Shown: positions 16,201 to 31,200 of the stretch, one piece after another
Layout of the letters: every line of letters begins with the position of its first letter
How positions within the stretch are numbered: position 1 is the first letter of the stretch
From: Perna viridis
Lineage: Eukaryota
Length of the DNA: 64,000 nt
Direction of reading: 5' to 3'
Assembly: GCA_037379345.1 (NCBI GenBank)
Contig: CM074515.1
Coordinates: 8,060,001 to 8,124,000 of the forward strand
Translations under genes and position numbers: made by a program
Notes under the pieces: generated by a model
Databases searched by the model: none
What the model was told of the DNA's origin: nothing
Seen by the model: only the letters and a program-made list of their open reading frames with translations

Positions 16201-19200
16201 TTGTTTAATACTAAGAAATATTGGTAAACAATGATTTCTTATCACAGTATGGCAAAAATAGTCCTTCTAAAATTAAATATGCCTATAAATAACAGACCAA
16301 TCAACATATAATGGTCCCAATCAGAACACATACTGCCATTCTGTGAGAATTGAGGCAAATGTTTCAGGTGCTCCGAATGTAATCTTATTTATTTTTATTA
16401 ACATGAATAGAATATTTAATAAAAAGAAACCTCCACTTATGGAAAATTTAAAGACATAAGTATGTTTTCGAGGACTGATATATTTTGATCAAAATAAAGA
16501 CAAAATGTGTGTGCCTAAAGTCTGCTTTGGTCTAGAGATCTTATTTGTTATCTTTGTGCTTTTTACTGATAATTACTGTCATTTCATTACACTACAGGTA
16601 TTTTTATCAATTTAGATCGAAGATCAGAATTGATATAGCGGTCGCCAGAGCCTATAGATTTGTAAAGCCTGATAGCATTTGTAATTTTCTTACACTACCC
16701 CAAGAAAATAGTCCCATTGGCATATCCCATTAAGGTTCACATGCAGATAGTTAGGTCCACATTGTAGGTATTTCTAATGTGTTCGTTTCAATTCTATGTT
16801 ATTGACAACAATAAACAAACCCAATAAACAACTTTTACTGCAAACTTAATATGCTGATTAATTTAGTTCGTAATTAAAAATAGATGACCTCTTGTCAGTA
16901 CCTGTTTATTTCTATGCATTTACCCGAATAAACAAGTCGTTCAGTGTTGATACATTCAAGTTGCCTATTTATTTTTAAACGCGTAATAAACCATTTGATG
17001 TTTAGCTAGAGATAAAAACCATGCAAGTACATGTATATAAATACTACTATTCAATCATAGAATTAGAATATGAAGAGGAATGCTGAGTGCCAATTGCAAG
17101 AACTGTCTTCAGATATCTCATGCAGGCCCGGACGGATAAAAGGGGCAGTTGTTCCGATCAAGAAACTTGTATAAAGAAAGGGATTACAGGCTATTATCTG
17201 CCGCTCATCATTTGGCCATTTTTGTTACAAAAGGGTAGCACAACCCCCGAAACCATCCTGATGTATCATTCACTGTATCATGAATTTTATTAAGGTGACC
17301 ACCTTGTGACATCGGAAGCCCAGAGATGGCAAACACAAATGAAACTTTGCAGAGACGATGGCATAGGAATTTCGATAATGCAATTCTCGGGAATTGTGTC
17401 ATTTTGTTTTGGTCTGATGTTATTGCTTTTTGCAATACTCATTCTATTTAGCTATTTTGGCCATGTGCTTGCTATTAAAATAAAGCTGTAGGTGCTCCAG
17501 GGCTTTAAAAGTGTATGTCTAATGTTTTCTGCACCTGGCATAATTGGTGAAATTATATCACAGGGGCTTGCTCCCACTATCATATATGCTACCCGTCTGT
17601 ATATAATAAGAAGTATTTGGTGGTGATACCTGTGTTTATTTATTAGTTTGGTTGCAGAGCAGTAAATAGTAATATGTTTGATTTTATTAGTGGGAAATGA
17701 GTTGAAGCTAGTTAATCCCAAATCTGGGATCCCCCTTTTCATGTTATATACTAGTCGGGCTGTATATCTGATACTGGGAGCAAGCCCCTGTGATTATATC
17801 GTTTATGTTAATGTACATGTCTCTGGATAGGGTCCCCAGAAACTCAGCGCTTTTACATGACACATAAATGTATATGACTAGCAGCATTTGAGCTATAAAA
17901 CTTATCAACCGAGAAAGATATCTAGTTGAGAAGAACATGTCTTAAAAGATATGATTTAAATGATTGTGGCTTAAGTTTGAATAATTTAACAGACAGTTTC
18001 GACCTGGAGGTCGAAGAATTGAATTTCGACCTGAAAATAATAATTAAAAAAAAAACTGGTAAAGGCTAATTAGTAGTTTGTAGTTCAATTAAGCACTATG
18101 GCGGAGAGTTTTGTGTTCATTCATCTAGGTGTTCCATGTAAACCGATATCCAACCTGAATATTACGCAAAATGACGCATGATGCACTATGAATTTTGATG
18201 TGTGTGTTTTTAAAATGTCTTTCATAATCAAGCGGTGAAATCAAAAATAACGAAGAGTTCAGTATTAACCATTTATAGAAGTAACCTTATGTTGAGTAAA
18301 GTTTGAATTTGATTCCCTTGCTTTCCTTTTATCCCATATTATTGTAATAGGATGATTATTTAAGGCGTTAAAACTCAAACAATCGATATAAATTGATTCA
18401 GTAAACGAGTACTTTGATTAGTATTTGCAACTACATTTTGAACTGATGAGTTTCCATCTACATTACTAAGAAGGGTCTGTCCCATGAAAAGAAAAAAAGA
18501 CTGCCCTGTTCGGCAGACCAAGCAGGCTGAAAGAAAATTCAAATATGGAAGGCTTACCAGGGAAAAGCAGGTGAGGGGAAAATAAATGACAAATGGGAAG
18601 TCACTGTACCTAAAATTGCTGAAATTTGCAAAGTAAGAATAATTTCTTCAATGCCTTCATAGTTGATTTTCTTATTCTGTATAGTCAAAAACTGACATAT
18701 TTTATGCTTCCATTCATTTTTTTAACTGAAACAAGTTACATTGTGATGGATCTGACTACATTTCACCAACAGTTCTTCAAGTTTTGGATGAGGTTTCACT
18801 AATCCATAAATGGATTAGAGGTTTCACATTCTGTGCTCAACACAATACAATGTAGGTCAGACAGGTTAAAGGGTTTTATGTTTATACCATACAACAGTGG
18901 ATACAATAGTTTTATTACCTAATCATAGGGTCTTTGCAAACAGAGATGACAACAATAAGCATACATACAACCATTTATTACTGATTTCGCTTATTTGGAC
19001 AAATCAAGAGATAAGAAAAAGAATATATGTTTACAGTTGCCTTGGTTTTCCTGTCCCTAGATATATGGTTTTGGTTACCCCTTCATATCTTATTCAACTC
19101 TGACTGTAGGCCTGGTAAAAGTTCTGAAGGTCCAGTAAAAAAAAAATATTGAGTTTAGCTGGGTCTGGGCTCTTGCATACATCATATCTGCTAAGTCTGG

Positions 19201-22200
19201 TCAAGGGGTTTTCGTGTAATTTGCGAAAAGTTTAAGAATGATGGATGCCAACTGATGGCATAAGCTCACTGAGACCAACAGTCCAGATGAGCTAAAGACT
19301 GTGAGCAAGACTCCATGCTCAACATTCAAAAAAACATACGGTCAAAATAAAACAAGGAAACATGATAGGGCACAACTATGTAAAGCTTGTCTCAAAATAT
19401 CAAATGGCCATGATGAGAATCTGTAAGCTTTCAAAGGGTAATAAAAATTGATAGAAAAATTTAGTACAAATTCAACAGACCCATATTGATCTTTAATGAC
19501 CATTTGACAATTATTGACCAGGACTAAAAAAAAAACAGTTAAAACTGTCAGTAAAAATTAGAGACAGATTTATATGCCCAACTTTCTTCAGACCTGTTTA
19601 CGCTACAGATTTATATGCCTAACTTTCTTCAGACCTGTTTACACTACATTTATGAAGATTATTAAAAAAATCTCGAACTTTGTGTCACTTTAACATGGGT
19701 AAAGGGAAAGATTCACAATCTACATGATCTCTAGAGCACAATTTGCAGTCAAATTTTGTTGAAACTATGGGAAAATCATTATGAAAATTCATTTTCAGCC
19801 CTGATTTTTAAATGGTAAAGGACATAACCCTTAAATGAGTTCTAGCTTTCTTCTAGTGGAATAGAACCTTGTGATATAATTTCATAAAGATCTACTCACT
19901 TAAACTCCAGTTCTTTCCAAGAAATATAGTGTTTACAATGACGTCAATAATGACATAACCATAAAATTATACATTTGCTAATTTTTTTATGGTCTTTTAA
20001 ATAGTGAGCAGTGTGAAACCCTTCTTTTATTTATTCTTCTCACCAAATCGGCAAGTAACTTTCCATTTTAACTAGCCAAAATAAAGTAACACCAGCCAAC
20101 ATGGTTTTCAGTACAACCCATAAACATTGAGCATGATATGCTGTTAGGTAAAAGTGCTCAGGTTTAGATAGAGCTGTATTGATTAGGGTAATTTCAATAC
20201 TAGTCAGGAAACAAGCTCTTGCCACCTTAGCAAGTACTCAAAAATTAGCACTAGCCAGATGTAATTTTTACTTGCCTTTGAGGAGTTGGCTAGTGGAGGT
20301 TTCACATACTGGTGGTTTGAGAAAATTTATGAAAATGTGACCAGGATTAACATCAAGCAACTGATATCAATTTGTCAATTACACAAAGACAGCCAGCATT
20401 TCTATACCCCTTTTATCTGTATATTGGGTTCATAAATTTTGCTTAGCGAAAAAAGTCACTTCACAGCCTTGACTTCTGTCTTGTCATGGCTTTTCAATTT
20501 TGATGACAAAACCTAGATTGAGGACATCATATATTTTTGTTTATTTTTCTATATCAAGAAAGATAACTCTAATCAATTGGTAGAATCTAAAGATTTCAAT
20601 TTTAATACTAAGTTTATATACAATGCCAGTTGTCTGCTAAAACCTTAATTTAAACTGCATTCCACTCAATCAGATTTAAAATAAAACTTTTATTACAGAA
20701 ATCTAAATCAGAGGCTGATGAAAGGATTTTTTTTCTTTTTAACTAATCTTAACACTTAAAATCAATCCCATATTGGCAAAAAAATTTAAAAAATTAGACA
20801 CACCCTTCAAGGTAAAATTATATCATATGGGTCAATTAAATGTCTTAATGCAATTTCTCATTTCTGTGGAAGTGCATGATGATTCTATAAGATGTGTGAA
20901 GCATTTAATTCACCTCTCCTGGAGAATCATAGATCGTCAAAAAAAAAATTATTCAGCATGTTTCAATTTATAAATCTTCAAGGAAAACATGATAACTCTA
21001 CTTTTTAACACCAGATGTCTGTCTAAAAGTGCTTACCAACCATCAGAAATATTTTTGGAAGTTTATATCAATAGACAGTTTCACGTTAACTGGTTTAATA
21101 GATGAGTGAATGAAATAAATTTCATTTGGGTAGGGCTTGAAGTAGAACAAAATAATTATCCTTGCAAAAGCTTGCTCGAAGCCTACCACACAGTTTACAC
21201 AATAGAAAAAAGAAGACATCTAAGAGTGTTGGCTCAGTAGTGATAGCCTTGCTTTCAATCATGATGTTAGGAACATAAACCAAGTCCTTGGTAAACAGGA
21301 AGTTGTTGTCAATTTTTTGTGAAAATGGATCTCATTATAAAAAGAATGTGATTAAATTTCAAGCCGCTAAGATGAGTAGTGTTAAGAAAATTTAAACTTG
21401 CAAAAACATAAAGTTAAAAAAGTAAACCAAATCCTTGGTAAACAGGAAGTTATAGTCAATTTTTTCTAAAATGAATCTGACCATATGACATACCAATGGG
21501 AAGACTGTACTTAAGTCGCTGTGATGAGTAGTTGCTGAGGAAAATGTGGAAACACAGACACACAGACATGGACTAGGGTAAAATAGTATATTTTCTTTCT
21601 TCCGAGCAGGGGTACAAATAAAGTCTCATTACAATTAATGCAATATTATTTTCATATATAATTTTGGTGTTTTTAGTGTCTGAATACAGTAAGACTTATT
21701 TCAATGATGAACAACTTTTATTCATATATGAATTTACTATGGTACATAAACACCAACGTAAGGTACTTTATCTCAGAAAAATTGAGTAAAAAATTGTAAA
21801 TTACTTGCCTTTTCATTTAAAACAGGATAAATATGGAAAAATAAAACCTTTTTTATGAACTATGCTTTGGTTGATTAACAGGTAGTTAGAATTATAATAT
21901 TTCAATTACTTTCATTTTCAAATAAAGTATTCTAAATTGTATTATGTATACACAAATTGTAACTAAACAATGTGTTCTACAAACTTCTTACGACCATTTT
22001 AATTATTTATTTCTAAGTAAATAAATGTGTTGATATTTTTGTATTATCAAAAATTCATTAAATTTAAGGTCAAGCTTTATTTCTTTTATTACACAAATCA
22101 ATAAAAAATGACAGGTGTCAAAAACCACTCCCTGTGAAGCACTCTTAATCGTTGATATGATGTTTCTAACAAATTGAACTAGGGTTTTAAAGTGATTCAC

Positions 22201-25200
22201 TCTTGTGTAACACAAATTCATCATTAATAAAGAACATAATAAAATAAAGGTTACCTTTAACATGGATGAACATAGTCCAACAAAAGTTAAACACTTCTGA
22301 GGATGAACACGGTAATCGCCTGCAAAAAGAATCAATATTATTACATTTCAAAACAACAAAACACTATTTATGTCCTTAACAGCACATATCTTTGTCTCTT
22401 TATTTATCCTAGAACAAGCCTAGGTTGGTTTTTTCCATTAATATGGAGCTTTCTTAAAATTTTCAGTGAAAATACTACTATCTGTGTATTGTATTAAATA
22501 TTAGAAGAAAACTGCAGCCATGTTCATACTATATCTGACATACTTCAATCATTTTATTTTTAAATAATGGGAAATTAAATTTTCAATTAAAAAGTCAAGT
22601 ATTAAACAAGGTTGTTTAGTTCAACAACAAAATTTACCTCTGTTTTCTACTTCTATTCTGTTTAGCTGGTTCATCTAATGGGTTCCTGAATATGTCTAAG
22701 AAAATTGGCTCAAACTTTTTGAAGATGACAGTAGAAACAGCAAAGTTTCTTTCCAGTCTGTCAATTTTATCCCTAAACTCCTTTCTAAGGTTAGCCATAT
22801 CAGACCATTTTTTCATCTTATTAAAAAACTGTATTAAACTGAAAAGAAAAAGCAATTATCTTTACTTAAGGTAGACCATACCTATTACATGCAACATTCA
22901 ATCCTGTCATCTTGCAAAATCATACCTAAGTATGTATTTACAATACCGTATTCTTCCGTGTATACCGCACACTTTTTTCCAATTTTTTTTGCTCAAGAAG
23001 GATGCGCGGTATACACCAAAACAATGAGTGTCTAGCTTTTTTTTCTAGAGACATAATTTTCAGGTCTGTAATTTTCGAGAATCAGAACCAAAGTCGTCAA
23101 CTAAAGACAACATCAAGCCATTGTATTATTGAGAACAGTTTTATGTGAAATAAACAAATAAAGTTTTATTGCTATTTAATAGTTATTTCATCCATCAATG
23201 CCGTTTCCTTGCATTTCATAGTTTGTACGAAAAACCAAGACTAACTTCTTATTGTTCTCTCAAATCAAGTCATCTAATTATAATGTCTTCACCTGAGTGC
23301 GGTGGAGCATTAAATACACAATACCGGGAGTGCCAACCTGTCCTCGGGCCCAATATCATTTAATTATCAAATAACAAAAGATCAATTCATAAGGTGAAAC
23401 AATTATTACTAATCCTTTAATCCGCTTGATGAACTGTTTCCAGATGTCAGATATCAATACACAACTTGGCAAATTAAAACATCTTTTTATAAACGGTCGG
23501 ACTTGACGCCATTGTTTTAGTGAATTACCTGACAGGAAATGTAAACATTTCAGCTGTATCAGATCCAATACATCGCTATTTATAAACTATTTTAATTAAT
23601 AAATGGCTTGCAAATACAGGGAAACAGAAAATACTTTTATTTGAAAGATTAATGTTGAAAAGATACGCATTTCAGGGAATTTACCGGAATCCTTTCATCT
23701 CAATGTGGTCTTCACTGGTGATTTTTCCTCGCTTCCCAGTGCACATTTTACATGGAAATTAACTTTTTTCGCCGAACTCCCTTGCCAAGAAGGGGGTGCG
23801 CGGAATACACAGATGCGTGTAATACACGGAAGAATATGGTAGTCTTACAATTTTGGTATAAACCTATAAATAGTAAAATTAAATACATTTTTCAAACCCT
23901 CTTTCAAAAGGGAGACAATTACTGAGAAAATGTTCTAGGATACAATAGCGCAATTATTCACAATGCTGTTTCCACATGAGGGGTCCTCACTTCCACTAAA
24001 ATCTTAATATAGATCCAGATGAAATTTCTTTAATCTAACACCATGTTGCTAAAATACACCCATATAGCTTTTCAATTTTGGAATAAAAACCACCATGTCA
24101 TGCGGTGTTTCAGTCCTTAAATTAAGGCTCAAAAAGGGGATATTTTTTCAAACATCAATTTTTCTGTGGCCACCCTATGCCTTAAGTGCCCCATAAAATA
24201 TACATATATGGGCTGCCAGCTTTCAAATTAAATACTTTTGGTTCCTTACTGTTCATACAATTTTTTCATGAAAATATCTTTTTTATATTCTACCACGTTT
24301 CTGTATTTTCTCCTGGGCTTCATGTTGGGGTAAAGATCTGGCTGAATACTGAGACGACATAATTGTGGTATTGCAGCTACTATAGAAATGTAATGGAAAT
24401 TTTAGCCTTTTCAATTTTTAAGAGAAAAAGTGCAGTGATCCCCAATTTTCTTCTTGAAATATGAAATTATGTTAGATAAGTGTTCTTATATTGAAAAACA
24501 ATTTTATATACCATTTTTTTAAAATTATGTGAAACAGTTAAAATTCCCTACAGATCTACCTTAAATAATAAAGATATGTTACAAGAAGAAGTTCAGTCTA
24601 TTCCTCAACATCTTTCACTGATGCATTTTCATATTATCATACATTATAAATCCCAGACATCAGTTTTCTATCAATCATTCTAAGTATTTTCTATCAGTTA
24701 AACAAAACTTGTTTTCTCATTTTAAAATTTTTCCTCACCAAAACAAAATGCCCAGTAGTGCACATCATAGGATTCTTCTTACAACAGATTCAATTTTAAA
24801 ATCAAAATGCAAAGAATGTTGAAATATTAAACAGTTTATTAAAACTGCTTCCAACTTAAGATTGATAGGATATATAAATAATTTAATCTCAATTTTTGAA
24901 CATAAAGCTATATTTAAACACTCAACAAACAAATCCAATATCTTTTCCTTATATAACGTATACATTTTTCAAATCCTTACATTATGGAGATCCATAAAAA
25001 TGACAGATATTCATAAAAATCTGTAGCTATGGTATCATAATGAAATACAAATGATCAGTTTTCATCACAAGTTTTGTGTGCCTTCCCAAAAATTAACTGC
25101 CTTGAGTATTTTAGTAGATTCTGTATTTCCCAATCAGATACAAGAAGAAAAACATATCTAAAATATGTATTCTGAATTTAAATTGCACCTTAAAAATCCA

Positions 25201-28200
25201 TGTTTTCTGGATTTTGATATTTGTGCACTAGACCTCTAAAATATCAAGATGCACTAATATACCATGTATCTTGACACCACCAGAAAAGGTCTATGAAGTT
25301 ACCTGAATTTGGAGGAGCGTAATAATCTTGTCAATGATACACAATTCCCTTCTACTGTTCCTCTCCCAACTGTTGGAATCACACTTCTCCTGCATGCTTC
25401 ATACAGAGAACATACCAACCAATGTAACTGGTTTCCCTACAATAAAAAATTAATCAAATACTGATAATCATTCATGAATGCAAGTGCATAAACAAACATT
25501 ACAATAAACGTTTCTTACACATTTCTCATCAGAATATTCAAGGTCTTTCATAAAGATAATACAGGGGATTGATACTTCTTTCATATTTTTTTGTTCAAAG
25601 CTGTGAGCTATGCTCACTAACTTGATACCCTGTACTCCAACTATTTGATAAAAAATTAACCATAAGGAAAAATTTCATGACACAAATATCACTGATGCAG
25701 ACAATTTTCCATTTTATTGTTTTCAGATTTTGTTGGAATTAAATATTTATTCAATTATTTCATAATTTCATAAGTGCATTATTCCCTAACTATTTTTTCT
25801 AGTCATTGTAACTTTTGTTTATTAGCATTCATAAATATTATGTACATAAATTACTCTGGTCTTCAAAAATATGTTGCCAGAAATAATGCCAATCACCAAT
25901 TTCAGGAAGTCATTTAATTAAAAACAGCATATACATGTAAGAACAACAAAAATCATATGCATGAACGAAAGAAGTTGACATGGGGGAGAGTTATTAATAG
26001 TAAGTCCATCCATGACAGAAACTCTATCTACAGTCATGAAATAAGTACTAAAATGGATTAAAGCATACACATAAAAGTTGAACAGTCCAGATTTCTTTAT
26101 CCTGATATTTGAACTATATGTAGACTTCTATTTTCCAGCCAAAAATCATGTGTTCTCCTGACACTGGAGGAAGATACACAAGAAAACAGCATGGCAGTGT
26201 AAACAAAAGCCAGCCATTTTATTATTTAATTCAGTGTTTTAGGTTTTTGGCAAGTATTACCTGGAATAAATATTGTTTTGAGGATTTTATATGTCCTTTG
26301 ATTAGGTAAATCAGTTTCTTTATGTTGAAAATGCCTTAATATGCAACCTTCATTTAACTTTGCAATTAAAACAGCCACATTCATTTGACCATAATTGAGT
26401 TATAAATGACTAAAGTAAGTTTCAATTGGCTCACTATACATATTTTCATCTGAGTGACACTTCCCTTTAAATTGGCAATGTCATAATTATCTTCAGATTG
26501 GCTTCAGTGGTAAATTTGTTATTATGAATAATTGGTTTATATAATCTGAGTCAGCAATTGATGGGTTTCTAAAGCATACACTAATATGAAGCCGATAATT
26601 GTGAAAGTTAATTCTGGCTAATGACAATTCAACCTTGGTGGCCCCCCATGCTAAAATAGCTCATGGAGAACCCTGACATGCACCTTTTAACCTCCATACT
26701 AATTTGGATCAAAATCTTAAATAGGAGGTGCAAACTGGGAATATGTAAAGAGGATTCTATGAAAGTTTCATTCAAATCCATCAGCAGAGTAGTAAAAAAG
26801 AAATGGAAATCCTAACAATAATTTTGTTCATAGGATTTTTCACGAAAGGATGCCCATTTCAGGGAATGCATGTGCATTTGGCCTTCTTCAAATGGTCTTT
26901 TGGACAGGAATTTTTTTAATTTCAATGGCAGCTTAATGTATGGTCTCATTTACTACTTCTGGGTCAAATGGCCACCCCTATGTATAGCACAAAAAACATG
27001 CTGAACCTAGATTTTTGCATTGTAAAAGCAATCAAAATAAAGCTGTAAATGTGTACTTCAAAATCATATTTGTAATTTACTTTCTTGCTGTCAGTTAGAA
27101 GAAAAGATAAACACATGGATTTTGACAGCGTAATTTTCCAAGCTTTGCAATGACATACAACTTTAAGATGCCATTTGTCCTGGGAAATCACTGCAAATCT
27201 TTGAAAATTACTTTTTTAAACATGTTAAGTAATGAAAACACTATAAGTGGTTAGTGAGACCTACATATATAAAATGGGAAAGAAATCTTTCAAAGTGGAA
27301 GCTTTCAGCCTCAAAAGCAAAAGACACTCTTCTTGGAAGACAGTGCTCTAATGTGGGAGGGTTAACAGGTATGCACCAGCACTTCATGAGAACACTGTAT
27401 TTCAAGATGTACAGGTGTATGCAACTGATGAGATGAAATATTCAGTTGTTTCTACAGTAAAATTGTAGTATACATTTACATGTATCTAAACTACCACCAA
27501 AATTTTAAACCACTATAATGCTAAAACATTAGTTTCGTATAATAGTTATTAGCATTACAGTAATGTGACCTCAAAATTTAGGCTTGTTCCCATTTCGCCT
27601 TAGCTGTCAAATTCGGTACAATAAAATTATCCCCATTTCGCCTTAGTAAACTTTGGAGTGAACTAAGGCGACATGGGAACTTGTGTAAACATGTGATTTT
27701 AAGTGCAAGTTGTGTTTTTATAGCATTTAAACCTAATATACACAAGTATATGTAAATCTTTGTATGGCTTGTTGATATTTTTTGTCAATTTATTTATTTT
27801 TATTTTGTGATGTGTTTAAGTGGTTTTTGTCTTAATATTTTTTTATGAATGGCTTTTTCATTTTCTGTTTTAAATCACCTTTTTTATGGATACTATTAAA
27901 GAACAAAATTCAAAATAAATATGATATGACTGACAACTTTGACAGCAACTTAACTCAGAGAAGCACATCCAAATATTTATAAGCATAAAACAATGAAGAG
28001 GCAAATTAAAATGTTCATATGAAACATACAACAAAGAATGAGCAAAATCGTAATAAAAGCATGATTCCTGCAGAACAAAATTAAAAACAGCAGAAGACAG
28101 TATCAGGCTGAGGTCAGCGGTCACAATTGTGAAGGTTCATAGACCATATATAACAATCAGTGAAGCTTCGAGATGGTGGGGCTGCATCTCCAAAGTCCAT

Positions 28201-31200
28201 GTCTTCTAAATCTCCAAAGTGATTTTGTCTTTATGTATAAGTTAATTCTCAATTATATGTGTACATGTTTAATCAGTACTTCGATAGTAACTATTCAATC
28301 ATATACATATACAGTCATTAGATTTGTTTTTAAAAAAAAAATCATACCTCATTTTCCAACTTATTTTTTTTTTTAATAGTCCCTAAATTGTATGTGTACT
28401 AAAATATGAAACAAAATATATATATATATTATCAGTATTTTTTTAAATGAATTTTTATTAAGACCAATCATAACTTGAAAAGTATTCAGATATTTTAAAT
28501 TAGTGGCTTAAAAAAGAAAAAAAGCCTATAAAAATTGATTTTATAATTATTTTGCCTTAATCATTCTAACAACACCACATTTGTTTAGTGTTTTGTTTTT
28601 ACAACATAAAAATATAAAAATTCCCATTTCGCCTTAGTACTTTTTTACCTACTTTTAACTGTTATTCACAGCTAAGGCGAAATGGGAACACACCAAAATT
28701 TATACATGAGAAAAGCTGTCAAATGAAAGTAGTTCTGAATTCAGTACATCTTGAATCATATAAATAGATAATTGTAATAACACAGCAAAAAATTCCAAGT
28801 GACCATACAGGGTTCTCCATGGCCTCTTTTTGCATGGTGCTGCGTCACATGTTACTTTCCTTGCACCATAAATTCAAAATGAGTGGCACATGTTCGTTTG
28901 GAGTGCGCCATGTATTCAAATTTGCTTAATGCATTGCAAATCGGCACTGTATTTCCCAATTACTCTTGTTTATTAATCACCTATACCTGTCATAAATCTA
29001 TATGATTGGCGCCCATGTTTATTCTAACGGTAATTTCAATGTTTTGATTGATAATTTCCGGAGTTAAAATGTGTCAGGGTGTGAAACACATGTGTAAACA
29101 CATCTCAGATCTGTCAAATTTACGATTACCACCATTGGCAAAATCAATACGATGAAAGAAAGCGGAATGATTTCCACTGTTTTTTTTTTTCAAATGAACA
29201 CAATTTGAAAACTTTTCATTTCATAAAATATTGAAAGTATCAAGAGTTTAATTCAATTTGATGTGATCGGAGAGGGAGGAAAACAATCTTAATTTATACA
29301 ACAATGTCTTAACGATCTCGGCAATTATCCAACAGACCAAAGCAGTTCAATTTGACTAACTTTTATGAAAATGCGATGGATTGACTTCCAAAAGTTCTAA
29401 AGGATTGTTTAATGACACAATTTGGACAAAAACCACATTTTATAGTCTAAATTCTTGTGGTTAAATTATAAGAACTTGTTAAATGCACATGGTTTAATGG
29501 TATCAACAAAATGACCACATCTACCAATGGTTTTAATTTTTCTAGAGCTGTGGACCTATGGTCAAGCCTAGAGAAGGAAAAACTTTACTTGAATATAATT
29601 GAATTAGACAATACTGACAGAAAAAAATACCATTGTTGATTTTCTACGTTGTAGCTTGTGCTATTAAATATGTCACATTCAACCTTATCATACTTTTTTT
29701 GGCAAGTTATTTTCCGTGCGAAAGCACATGCACCACGATGAAAATTGTCCAACCGGAGAGTGAGCCATGTGTTCATTTTGATCCATGGAGATCCCTGCCA
29801 TACCAAGCTTACAATTGAATATTTCTCATTATCCTGTCAGAACACTGAATTTTTCTGAAAACATTCAGTCAGAGTTTGAATTCTATACTGTCCCAGGGGC
29901 TGCTCCGGCTTTCAAAATTCTGTCACCAGAAAAACTGCCTGCTACCATTTTTTGTCACCAATTTTCAGAAATTAGAGCCAAAAATGGATGACATAAATTT
30001 TTTTTTTCTAATTTTTTTTAAAATATGACAGTATTAAGTCCAGTGATGAGTTATCTTTGTAAAATATGACAGTATTAAGTCCAGTGATGAGTTATCTTTG
30101 TAAATTCAACAAAATATCCCCTTCATTCATAACAAACTTGTATCCAAGATTCATCCTTGACGCATGTATAAAGCAGGTTTTTAGCTCTAGTCTGTCAGGA
30201 TCTAAAACCATTAGTATGCAGAATAATAAAGTATTACTCCAGATACAGGTGCTTTATTTCTATCAAGGACTTACTTATATTACTATGCTCATATAGTCCC
30301 TGATTTTAAAACATGTTGACCTTTGTGGTCTAATTAAGTTTATCTTAAAATATAATTTTATTTTTTTAATCATAAATTTTCAACAAACTTGATTCTTTTT
30401 TCAAGTGATAAAATTTCTAGCAAACTACCATGGACCATTAATTGTGTCCCTTTTCAATTATCTCTAAATCTCTTTATCTGAATATTATGACTTAATGCCT
30501 TCAGTATTTCCTTAATTAGAATTTGGGAATCCCCATATATTTGTTTACCAATTTTCCAGCCAAAAAAGGCATATGACAAAAGTGTCAACAAATGTCATCC
30601 ATATCAATTCTTGCATTTCGAAGTATTTTAGACACCATTTTTAATTGATTTAATTTATTCTGCTGTAAGGTAAATCTGTTTCTGAATGTATCATATGGTA
30701 TAACAGAGCCTTGAAACGTGTATGTACCCATGTGCACATGGCCAAGATTGTGTTTTCCTTTGACCAGATGGTGAGATTTTGAGTGACTCAATAATATATT
30801 TTACATCTGATTGACATCTCCTTGGAGGATATTGTGAGTCACAGTCATCTGGTCTAATTACCTTTGATTGGCTACAGTCATAAATTGGTTATGGTCAATT
30901 AACTTTGACCAGGTGTCAACACAATTGTAAAATTGGAGAGAATATTGGTTGCTGACAAACCATGTCAATTTTAATATACAAAACCTAGGCGCCAAGAAAA
31001 TCGCCCACTGGTTATTTCTGTTGCCGCATTAAATAAAAAAATCACAAATTGCGACATTGGCGAAGCCCAGCGCAATCCCTGTGTACCTAGTGCCAATCCA
31101 GCAAAGAATGGAGACTCATATTCAGGATGAAAACAAAAGTTTCATATATAAGGGTAACAACAAAATTACCAAACACTTATCCGATTCATAATCAAGTCAA

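Noticed and set aside
30020-30101. Duplicated GTGATGA motif as a snoRNA
   Set aside because: Antisense to the host gene and no box D or terminal stem; a simple tandem duplication.
26662-31082. CAGGG-type hAT ends at 26675, 28808 and 31082 as one element
   Set aside because: The matching pair (26662-26675 and 28808-28821) faces outward and the third end differs; boundaries and target duplications could not be established.
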